DNA from: Verrucomicrobiales bacterium
GTDB lineage: Bacteria > Verrucomicrobiota > Verrucomicrobiia > Verrucomicrobiales > V1-33
Assembly (NCBI GenBank): GCA_031411295.1
Contig: JANOAV010000059.1
Span: 1 to 64,000 of the forward strand
Length of the DNA stretch: 64,000 nucleotides
Reading direction: 5' to 3'
Part shown: positions 56,459 to 64,000 of the stretch, piece by piece
Position numbering within the stretch: position 1 is the first letter of the stretch
Layout of the letters: each line of letters begins with the position of its first letter
Position numbers and translations under genes: made by a program
The notes under the pieces: model-generated
What the model was told of the DNA's origin: nothing
Databases searched by the model: none
Seen by the model: only the letters and a program-made list of their open reading frames with translations

Positions 56459-57421
56459 ATGAGAAAAGGTCACGCTATATCAAACTGGATCTGCCTGAGA
56501 CTAAGCCATGCGTGGCTCCTGGGCCTACTTTTGGGAACTTCAATGGAGGCCATGACGGTGGACTTCACCGCTCAGCCTGGGCAGCGTTATGTGGCGAATG
56601 CCTCGAGTGTGGCGGTGCCTGCAGGCGCGTTTGTGTGGGTTGGAGCGATAATGGACGATGCACAGGTTTCGGCTGGTATTAGCTACGTTACGTTGCGGTC
56701 ACTCTGGCTGCCCTTTGCCTCCACGCTCACCAGGACGCTGGGCGGAGAGGCAGGGAGGTTTTCGGCCTCCATTTCTCGTGATGAACCAGATTTGAGTTTG
56801 CGGAAAATTTATCTGTTCGTCCAGCAGACGACCGACAACCTAGCGCCTGCCATCGATGGCTCCAATGTGAGTCAATGGGGTCTCTTCTCCAGCACCCAGG
56901 CACCCTGGCGATTTCCTGACAACAACAATTTACCACCCGGCAACGCCACGCTCATCACCTCCAGCCAAGTGAATCAGGTCTGGATGGGAAGCATTACCAC
57001 CTCGACGCTGCAACTGGCCCTTCAGCCGACTCCCGCTTCGGCTTACGCGGCGTGGGCCGCGGTGGCATTTGCTGGTAATCCTAACACCGACGCTTCCGCC
57101 CAAGCAGATCCAGATGGCGACGGCATCAGCAATGCGTTGGAATGTCTTTTCGGAACCCTACCGCTAACTAGCAACGCCCCCGTGTATCGCTTGGAGCAGG
57201 CTGGTTCGGGAGTTACGTTCAGGTATCCCAGAAACGCAGCGCTGCCAGCCGGATATGAGCGGCTGGAAATTTCCTCCACCCTGAGTGGATGGACGTCACC
57301 AACTGCAACTCAGTTCACCAAAAGCATCATCGCCAACGAATGGCTCTACAATTTTCCACAGGCCAATAACGGCTCCCGGCTATTCTTCCGCATTGTCCTA
57401 CCGTGGATGGGAGGGCCGTAG
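56459..57421 (+). CDS. Secreted protein sharing its N-terminal domain with the PEP-CTERM protein at 51932, but with a YxxW...DPDGDG C-terminal domain
   Basis: QTTDNLAPAIDGSNVSQWGLFS...WRFP; C-terminal YAAW...ADPDGDGISNALE...RLFFRI. Confidence 0.75.
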   Translation: MRKGHAISNWICLRLSHAWLLGLLLGTSMEAMTVDFTAQPGQRYVANASSVAVPAGAFVWVGAIMDDAQVSAGISYVTLRSLWLPFASTLTRTLGGEAGRFSASISRDEPDLSLRKIYLFVQQTTDNLAPAIDGSNVSQWGLFSSTQAPWRFPDNNNLPPGNATLITSSQVNQVWMGSITTSTLQLALQPTPASAYAAWAAVAFAGNPNTDASAQADPDGDGISNALECLFGTLPLTSNAPVYRLEQAGSGVTFRYPRNAALPAGYERLEISSTLSGWTSPTATQFTKSIIANEWLYNFPQANNGSRLFFRIVLPWMGGP

Positions 57422-57456
57422 GAAAAGCACCGGTAGCGCTGGCATTGTCAATTGGC

Positions 57457-58197
57457 CTATTGATAACGACGACGCCTACGCGACAACCAGAAAGAGATTC
57501 CGGATAAACTCAGGAAAGCGGTGGATGGCTCTGGCACGTAGGTGATTTGCAATTGGGCAACTTCGGCACCAGTTTCCAAAGCGGTGAACCGACGTGCTGT
57601 TCCGAGGACACCTTCGTTGTGGGCAATCATAATCCAACCGAAGTTAGTGCTGGCTGAGTTTACCCATTGCTGCACATCGGACACCATGGTTGAGGTGGAA
57701 CTGATGATCACTGGCCCCAAGCCGTTAACGACTGGGGAAACGCCGCTGCTGGAAGCAATGTATTCCACTCCGGCTTGGGTGCCTGGCGCAGACCAAACGG
57801 TTACTCCCTGCGCCTGTGAATTCCACGACGTTTGCCCCAACAACGCTGGCGAGCCGTTGCTAGTGCCCGTGCCTTCTGTCCAACTCGTGAGGAATCGATG
57901 TAGTTCGTAGGAGTCGGCTTGAGGGGAATTGGATTGCCGATTCACGTTCAACGTCAGGGTGACCGATTGTATGGTCGCGCCGCTGGGAATAATTCCGGAC
58001 AGGTTACATTGCAGCAATGCACGCGAAGCAAATCCAAGTCGGGTAGTGCCGACCGATAAGTCATCCGCGCCCAGATTGGAATCTGGATCATTGGCAAACA
58101 ACGTGGTGTCTTTGCTGACCGGAACGCTGATCACTGCGGCTTTGGCGGAGGTCGAATGCAGGAGACCTAGACAACATAACAAATAGAGTTGTTTCAT
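57457..58197 (-). CDS. PEP-CTERM protein with a DNRLRE-like domain
   Basis: Signal peptide; SKDTTL, RALLQCNLS, SWTEG and VQQWVN...NFGW motifs; C-terminal VPEPSTAFL...RRRR. Confidence 0.85.
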   Translation of the reverse strand: MKQLYLLCCLGLLHSTSAKAAVISVPVSKDTTLFANDPDSNLGADDLSVGTTRLGFASRALLQCNLSGIIPSGATIQSVTLTLNVNRQSNSPQADSYELHRFLTSWTEGTGTSNGSPALLGQTSWNSQAQGVTVWSAPGTQAGVEYIASSSGVSPVVNGLGPVIISSTSTMVSDVQQWVNSASTNFGWIMIAHNEGVLGTARRFTALETGAEVAQLQITYVPEPSTAFLSLSGISFWLSRRRRRYQ

Positions 58198-58256
58198 GAT
58201 GCCGCACTATGAGTGCAACCAACTCCTAAGGCAAATTTGTCTTCGCAAAGATTCCG

Positions 58257-58445
58257 CTACTTTTTGCGATTCGCGCAGCAAGCTACGCCTAAGCCGATCA
58301 ATGCGAACCCGGTGATCCCCAATCCGGTAGCACCGGATACCCAGATTTCCAAAGCCATGCCCAAGGTTACTCCGCAGGCCAATCCCGTGAGCAGGCGTTT
58401 TCCTGAGATTTTGATTTGATTGGTGAAAGCGGGCGTGTGTTCCAT
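58257..58445 (-). CDS. Small hypothetical membrane protein
   Basis: 62 aa with two Gly-rich hydrophobic segments; co-oriented with its neighbours. Confidence 0.5.
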   Translation of the reverse strand: MEHTPAFTNQIKISGKRLLTGLACGVTLGMALEIWVSGATGLGITGFALIGLGVACCANRKK

Positions 58446-58526
58446 CTTTTATTCTAGAACGGTGTGCCGAATGGTCCACATAATCAGTGTTCCAGTTTAG
58501 CAACGGACGAGCCTCCTCACACCCGA

Positions 58527-59378
58527 TTAGCCTGTCAGTGCCGTCACAGACTCGCGATGGATGGGGGCTCCGGTGAGTCTTTTTGTGGGCGCTGGTCCCA
58601 CGTGACGCAGGAAATCCTCGTAGGTGATGACTTCGATTTCGTGATCGAAATGTTCGACGATGGCGGTGCGGCTCTCCACCCAGTCGCCACTATTTAAATA
58701 GTGGACCCCGTTGATGAATTTATCCGCTGCGGTATGAATGTGGCCGCAGATGATGCCCTTGGTGCCGCGTTGGCGCGCCATGTCCTGGAGTTGTTCCTCG
58801 TAGCGACCAGAGTAGCTCACGGCTTGTTTGACCTTGGCTTTGATGGCTTTGCTGAGGGAGAAATATTCCTTCCCCCGGAACCGCCGCCACCAATTGTAGG
58901 CCCGGTTGATCCGCAGCAGTTGATCGTAGCCGATAGAGCCCAGCACACTCAGCCAGCGATGATTCGTGGTGACTTGATCGAAGACGTCGCCATGGATTAC
59001 GATGTATTTGCCCTGCGGCGTGTCGTGGATGTGCTCATTGCAAATATGGAGCTTGGACAGTCGTAGCGGCATGAAGCGACGCAGTTCATCATCGTGATTC
59101 CCCCGCAGATAGATTACCTCAGTGCCGTCCTTTTCCATTTTGCGCAGGACCATGCGAATGAAGCGGGTGTGCTGGCTGGTCCAGTGTTGCGGCTTGCGGC
59201 GGAGGTGCCAGGAGTCGATGATGTCCCCGTTGAGGACGAGCTTCTCGCAACGGGTGCGACGGAGGAAATCGTTCACCTCGGAGATCTTGCAATCCGGCGT
59301 GCCGAGGTGCACGTCCGAAAGGAAGATGGTTTTATAACGGATGAAGCGCTGCTGTGTTAGGTGGCTGTTGGTAGTCAT
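58527..59378 (-). CDS. plcP: PlcP-like phospholipase C (LpxH-like metallophosphoesterase)
   Basis: FLSDVHLG, LNGDIID, GNHD, HGDVFD, CGHIH and YLNSGDWVESRTA motifs, plus the FSLSKAIKAKVKQAV segment; next to a GT4 gene. Confidence 0.75.
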   Translation of the reverse strand: MTTNSHLTQQRFIRYKTIFLSDVHLGTPDCKISEVNDFLRRTRCEKLVLNGDIIDSWHLRRKPQHWTSQHTRFIRMVLRKMEKDGTEVIYLRGNHDDELRRFMPLRLSKLHICNEHIHDTPQGKYIVIHGDVFDQVTTNHRWLSVLGSIGYDQLLRINRAYNWWRRFRGKEYFSLSKAIKAKVKQAVSYSGRYEEQLQDMARQRGTKGIICGHIHTAADKFINGVHYLNSGDWVESRTAIVEHFDHEIEVITYEDFLRHVGPAPTKRLTGAPIHRESVTALTG

Positions 59379-60549
59379 AGGTTGGGACTGGTCGTGGTGG
59401 GAGAGAACGGATCGGCACCGCCTGCACCGTGGCTTCGAGGATGGACTCGAAGTCCTGCACGATGTGATTCCAGGTAAGTTCCATGGCGGTGCGACGAGCC
59501 ATGGCCCCAACGGAATCCAACAGGAATGGCGAGAGATTGAGGATACAGGCAAATTGATCGACAAATGCGGCGCTATTTGCATGGGGCACCGTCCAGCCAT
59601 TGGTTTCGTGCACCACATGCTCACGCGCAGCGGCATAATCGAAACTCAGCGTGGGCAGTCCGCTGGCCATGGCTTCCAGAAGCACGTTGCCAAACGTTTC
59701 GGTCAGGCTGGGGAAGAGCAGCAGATCCCCGGAAGCATAGTGAGCGGCCAGGGAATCACCGCGTTGCTCGCCAGCAAAATGGACCCAGGGATAGCGTGCC
59801 TGGTATTCCGCCAGCTTGGGTCCGTCACCCACGACAACGATTTTCAATCGTGGATGTCCTGCCAGCAGTTGCTGGGCCGCATCCAGCGCGAAAGGTATAT
59901 TCTTCTCTGAGGCGACCCGCCCCACGAGCAGGATGACGAAATCTCCCGGCTGCGCTCCCCAGGCCGCTCTTAATTCGCTGGAGCATTTGGCCGGGCTGAA
60001 GCGCTTGGCATCCACTCCGCGTCGCATCAGTTGCACGCGCTGGTAACCAAGGCTGGTGAGTTTGCGGGCGGTATCGTTGGAAGGGGCCAGGGTAAATGCC
60101 CCACGGTTGTGGAACCTCCGTTGCGCCATGGCGGCCAGGCCGACTAGCTTACCTCCACCATAGGCCGGCAGGTAGTCGCAAAAATTCGTGTGATAGCCAG
60201 ATCCAACGGGAATGCCCATGCGGCGGGCCAAGCCCATGGCGGCCCAGCCGAGCGGTCCCTCGGTGGCGACATACACCACATGCGGCCGCCACGTGCGCCA
60301 GCGGAGCCAGAGGGCCAAGTAACTCGGCCAGCCCATGCGCAGGGCCGGATAGCCGGGCACGGGCAACGAGCGGAGCACGTGCTGGCGTGGTTCGATCAAC
60401 GGAGGTGGTTCGCAGGCTTGGGCACTTTGAGGGCGGAAGATTTCCACGGCGTGATGACGTGATTGCAGCCCTTGGACCAAATTCTGAAGAGTAAAGGACA
60501 CGCCGTTTACATCCGGCGGATAGGTTTCGGAAACGATGGCAATTTTCAT
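59332..60549 (-). CDS. GT4 glycosyltransferase (Agt/MgtA-like glycolipid synthase)
   Basis: ETYPPDVNGV, ATEGPLG, YHTNF, VGRVASEKN and FPSLTETFGNVLLEAMASGLP motifs. Confidence 0.85.
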   Translation of the reverse strand: MKIAIVSETYPPDVNGVSFTLQNLVQGLQSRHHAVEIFRPQSAQACEPPPLIEPRQHVLRSLPVPGYPALRMGWPSYLALWLRWRTWRPHVVYVATEGPLGWAAMGLARRMGIPVGSGYHTNFCDYLPAYGGGKLVGLAAMAQRRFHNRGAFTLAPSNDTARKLTSLGYQRVQLMRRGVDAKRFSPAKCSSELRAAWGAQPGDFVILLVGRVASEKNIPFALDAAQQLLAGHPRLKIVVVGDGPKLAEYQARYPWVHFAGEQRGDSLAAHYASGDLLLFPSLTETFGNVLLEAMASGLPTLSFDYAAAREHVVHETNGWTVPHANSAAFVDQFACILNLSPFLLDSVGAMARRTAMELTWNHIVQDFESILEATVQAVPIRSLPPRPVPTYDYQQPPNTAALHPL

Positions 60550-60561
60550 GAGATAATAGAT

Positions 60562-62403
60562 TTAGACTTCAGCTGTAGTGGCCGCCTCCGGCCAGATTCC
60601 ATGGTGGTCGAGATAGGCCCGGGTTCCTTCCTCTCCCATATATCGGGCCAGCACTTTTGGATTTGTCTTGGTTAAATCCACGAGGATCAAGCCATCCACG
60701 ACTGACGAGAACGAACGATCCAGGTTGAAGCACAGCAGACTGGCACTCAGTTTTAAATAGTGTTTCAACAGCACCGGGAGTCCTTTGCGATCGCTCTCAA
60801 TGGTGGAGATCAGTGAAGCGAGATCTTCCTCTGAACGGAGCGGGGAATCATTCAGTTCCCGTTGTAATTGAGAGGAAATACGGCTGCGGAACGGGCTGCG
60901 TGGTTTCACCAGATCCCGCAACTCGGCGTGCTGACGTTGGGACATCAGAAAGTCCACGATGAGACGACGACTGGTGGGCTCGTATTCATCACTGATGCTA
61001 ACTGGGCCGAAGAGTAGCTTGTAGCGCGGATGGCGGCGGACCCAAGTGGAGAAGCCTTTCCAGAGCAGCAGCAAGGAGGCCGGATGACGTTGATACTCCT
61101 GGCAAATAAAGGAGCGCCCGAGTTCCAATGCGCAATCCATTTTACTGAGGAAGCGCGGTGAGAAGCGGAACAAGGTGTCTGTGTAGAGACCTTTGCGTCC
61201 GAGCTTTTGCATGATCTTATCGGCTCGCCCGACGCGGTAAGCACCAGCAATTTTTGCGGCGGATTCATCCCAAAGAATGAGGTGCAGGTAGTGTTGATCA
61301 AACTCATCCAAATCTACGTCCCCGCCGGTGCCCTCACCTACGGCCCGAAAGGTGAGCTCGCGCAGCCGCCCGATCTCCTGTAAGGCCTGTGGGATGTCTG
61401 CTGCTTCGGCCATGTAAACCGAAAGATTGCCCTGCTCTGCCATGAGGCGGCCATTAGCGCGGAGCTTGGTAAATTCGCCAGCCAACTGAAGATCAATTTC
61501 CTCTCCTTTGCGTAAGCTGGGAGGTGCCTCGGGGCATGGGTCCGGCTTGACTTGATGGCCTAGGGCCAGCGTTAGTAAACGAATGTGCCCGGTGAGTGCC
61601 GAGGCAGTCGTGAATCGTTTGAGTTTGCCGTAGCCCAGCGCTTCGCCCGCTTTCACTTGCACCGACTTGCCGCGGCGGTGGCACAGTTCTCGCAGCAGCA
61701 GCGACGTGCGCACGCGGGGATGCAGGAGGCCGGCCATTTGAAAAAAGAGGCTATTCCTACCAGCAAAATGGACTGGGAGCAAGGTGGCTTTGGATCGATG
61801 AATCAAGGCTCCCAGATGCTCATTCCAAGGGCGCTCCTCCACCCCATGGCCCAACTGATAATGGGCTACAGCGCCAGCGGGAAAGATGATCAAGGCACCA
61901 CCGGAAGCCAAATGTCGCAGGGCCAGTTTCATGGCTCCGACATTGCGTCGCTCGCTACCGGCACCTCCGAAGTTATCGACGGGGATGATCCACGGCTGCA
62001 CTTCGGGCATCGAGCTAAGCATCGAGTTCGCTAGGAACTTAGCATCCGGCCGCACCTGGCCGATCAGATGCCCGAGGATCACGGCGTCTGCGAGGCCGAA
62101 GGGATGGTTCGCAACGATGATCAGTGGGCCCGTGCGAGGGATCTTGGGCAGTGCTTCGGTATTGGCATGATATTGCAAACCAGAAGCCTCCAGACAGGAG
62201 CCGAACCATTTCTTCAGGCTGATTTCTTCGGAAGAATTGCGGAAACTCCTCCCCGCGTGAGCATAACAGTCGTTGAACTGACGGATGGCTAGCGAATTCT
62301 CTACGAAAGGGGCGGCCAGTTGGTAAACTTGGCGTTGGAAGTCCGTTTGACAGCGATGACTGAGATCGATGAGCTTGGGGTATACAGTTGCGGGGGTAGG
62401 CAT
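60562..62403 (-). CDS. olsF: OlsF-like bifunctional amino-lipid synthase (N-terminal PlsC-type acyltransferase + C-terminal GNAT N-acyltransferase)
   Basis: ANHPFGLAD (HxxxxD) and IFPAG; C-terminal GRLRELTFRAVGEG, DLDEFD, ELGRSF and LLKHY motifs. Confidence 0.72.
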   Translation of the reverse strand: MPTPATVYPKLIDLSHRCQTDFQRQVYQLAAPFVENSLAIRQFNDCYAHAGRSFRNSSEEISLKKWFGSCLEASGLQYHANTEALPKIPRTGPLIIVANHPFGLADAVILGHLIGQVRPDAKFLANSMLSSMPEVQPWIIPVDNFGGAGSERRNVGAMKLALRHLASGGALIIFPAGAVAHYQLGHGVEERPWNEHLGALIHRSKATLLPVHFAGRNSLFFQMAGLLHPRVRTSLLLRELCHRRGKSVQVKAGEALGYGKLKRFTTASALTGHIRLLTLALGHQVKPDPCPEAPPSLRKGEEIDLQLAGEFTKLRANGRLMAEQGNLSVYMAEAADIPQALQEIGRLRELTFRAVGEGTGGDVDLDEFDQHYLHLILWDESAAKIAGAYRVGRADKIMQKLGRKGLYTDTLFRFSPRFLSKMDCALELGRSFICQEYQRHPASLLLLWKGFSTWVRRHPRYKLLFGPVSISDEYEPTSRRLIVDFLMSQRQHAELRDLVKPRSPFRSRISSQLQRELNDSPLRSEEDLASLISTIESDRKGLPVLLKHYLKLSASLLCFNLDRSFSSVVDGLILVDLTKTNPKVLARYMGEEGTRAYLDHHGIWPEAATTAEV

Positions 62404-62464
62404 AAGATTGCGTTTGATCTGCCGCTGAGCAAACACCACTTAAAGTCCAAGGGGAATTTATTAT

Positions 62465-62507
62465 TAGTGAATATATCGTGACAATTAAAGTTACGGAACT
62501 GCTACAT
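62465..62507 (-). promoter_or_regulatory. Pho-box-like direct repeats upstream of the olsF-agt-plcP operon
   Basis: Minus strand ATGTAGC-4-CCGTAAC-5-TTGTCAC-4-TATTCAC; core pentamers spaced 11, 12 and 11 bp. Confidence 0.45.
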
Positions 62508-62558
62508 ACCATCACCTCGATCGTAGATGGCCCTCAATGGGATCGTCCGCCTTGGGAT

Positions 62559-62780
62559 GCATCTGCGGGGCTCGCAGCGGAGGAATTACTCCGCTTCAGG
62601 TGCATTGTGAAAACGCAGTTATTTACTCTCCCCTGCGAGCTTCTTGCCAGTGCTGAAGGCAATCTTTCCCAAATGATTCGCTTCCGTCAGTGACCCTGGA
62701 TAACCGAAGGGACTGGCGGTCGGGGTGCCATTCTTAATGAGGTGAAGCCATTCCTGTTGATGTCCGGGATGAACGGAGTG
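62559..62780 (-). pseudogene. Relic of a Gfo/Idh/MocA oxidoreductase C-terminus
   Basis: GHQQEWLHLIKNGTPTASPFGYPGSLTEANHLGKIAFSTGKKLAGESK*LRFHNAPEAE*FLRCEPR in one frame with two TAA stops. Confidence 0.7.
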
Positions 62781-62981
62781 GGTTTCCGTTAAAAAAGTGA
62801 CCATTCGTTTCGCGATCAAATCTAAGGCGGATTTGCGAGAGGATTCGAGCCGATAATCCGCCGTTGCGGTGGTTCGACTACAAGTCTTAAAATCCTCTGC
62901 GCCCACCCCATCTCTCACCGTGCTAAATTTTCTGAAAATAAGTGTGACCGAGTGCCCTCCACCCGGAATTAACCCTACGAA

Positions 62982-63506
62982 ATGAACTCTCCCGCACCAG
63001 ACCCTTCGCGATTCATCGCCACGCTAACCCGGCATCAGCCTGCATTGGAAGCCTTTTGCCATGCTCAATTGGCAAACCGCCAAGATGCCCAGGAAGCACT
63101 CCAAGCAACTTGCGTCAAACTCTGGGAGAAATCTGGAGACTGGAACCCCGAGACAGAGTTTCTGCCCTGGGCTTTTGCGGTGGCACGTTTCACGGTCCTC
63201 TCGCACATCCGCGACCGCATGAGAGACCGACTCGTTTTTGACGAAGATGTCGTATTAGCCATGGTTGCTGAGACCGAAACCGCAGCCACCCACTTCGAAG
63301 ACCGTCGCGAAGCCCTCGGCACTTGCCTGGAGAAACTCAAGCCAGAGCAGCGCGACCTCCTCCAAGAGCACTACATTGCTGGACACAGCGTTCGCGAACT
63401 CTCCAACACCACCGGCCGCAGCCAGAGCGCGGTCAAAATGATTTTGCTACGGCTGCGCGAACAGCTCAGTGCCTGCATCCAACTTCAACTGCGCGTTTCC
63501 CCATGA
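62982..63506 (+). CDS. ECF sigma-70 factor
   Basis: DAQEALQATCVKLWEK, FLPWAFAVARF and region 4 SAVKMILLRLREQLSACI. Confidence 0.92.
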   Translation: MNSPAPDPSRFIATLTRHQPALEAFCHAQLANRQDAQEALQATCVKLWEKSGDWNPETEFLPWAFAVARFTVLSHIRDRMRDRLVFDEDVVLAMVAETETAATHFEDRREALGTCLEKLKPEQRDLLQEHYIAGHSVRELSNTTGRSQSAVKMILLRLREQLSACIQLQLRVSP

Positions 63507-64000
63507 ATCCCGACTCTGCCACGCTCGATCATCAACTGCTCTCGCTCCTGCAGGCCGTGCGGGAAAATCACGAGCAATCCTCTCGCGCCCAACTCAACGA
63601 ACTCCTGCGCAGCGATCCCACTGCCCGAGCTTCCATGGCACGACTGTTAGTGGATGAGCAGGCTCTGATCAATCGCCTGCGGGACGACCGCATCGTCTCA
63701 CTCCTCGAACCCACATCGTCGCCCTCGCCACAAACTACAGCCCGCTCGCCACGCTGGCTGACCTGGCGTCCGCTCACCGCAGCCGCCGCAGGCATCGTGT
63801 TAGGCATGTTTTGCACCTCCGTGGTCTATGGCTTTGTCGCGCAACGCAGCTTGGACAAAATGACCCCTTTGATCGTATATTCGCCAGGGCTGGAGACAGC
63901 GGGAACATTAGTGGACGACGGATTACCCAAAGCGATTGGAGTATGGGGCGCTGATTCTGCCCTCGTGGTCTCAGCGGAGCAGGGTGTGAAGCCACCTGAA
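63503..64000 (+). CDS. Anti-sigma (FecR-like) membrane protein, 3' end outside window
   Basis: ATGA overlap with the sigma stop. Hand translation gives MNPDSATLDHQLL...QLNELLRSDPTARA...WRPLTAAAAGIVLGMFCTSVVYG (TM), open to the window end. Not in the ORF track. Confidence 0.8.
   Translation, partial: MNPDSATLDHQLLSLLQAVRENHEQSSRAQLNELLRSDPTARASMARLLVDEQALINRLRDDRIVSLLEPTSSPSPQTTARSPRWLTWRPLTAAAAGIVLGMFCTSVVYGFVAQRSLDKMTPLIVYSPGLETAGTLVDDGLPKAIGVWGADSALVVSAEQGVKPPE

Overview
This is a bacterial window, very probably Verrucomicrobia (PVC superphylum), judging from the PEP-CTERM genes, PSCyt/PSD1 and DUF1501 proteins, a PVC-type haem protein and start regions without Shine-Dalgarno motifs. Bases 1-40.8 kb form an almost entirely plus-strand array of secreted enzymes. 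It holds 14 complete Cys-type (formylglycine) sulfatases, one partial sulfatase and one relic, interleaved with an FAD oxidoreductase, a cytochrome c/DUF1501 pair, a haem-binding dehydrogenase-like protein, a DUF5060 protein, a PhoD-like phosphatase, an ankyrin gene and an inverted AbrB/VapC toxin-antitoxin pair. Bases 41.3-51.9 kb encode a ~3,500-aa modular surface protein with a phytase-like domain, two tandem PhoX-like domains and a TIGR02597-like C-terminus. After it come PEP-CTERM genes, a REPIN hairpin beside an IS200-like/RAYT HUH transposase, an ArsR-SRPBCC-DUF4256 cluster, an olsF-like/agt-like/plcP-like lipid-remodelling operon with Pho-box-like repeats, and an ECF sigma/anti-sigma pair. 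The best candidates for new biology are the phosphorus-scavenging locus (giant multi-phosphatase protein plus phosphorus-free lipid operon), swappable C-terminal sorting domains, a minus-strand structured RNA candidate at about 9.06-9.34 kb, and recurrent polybasic tails on the secreted enzymes. All family calls come from motif recognition by eye; no searches were run.
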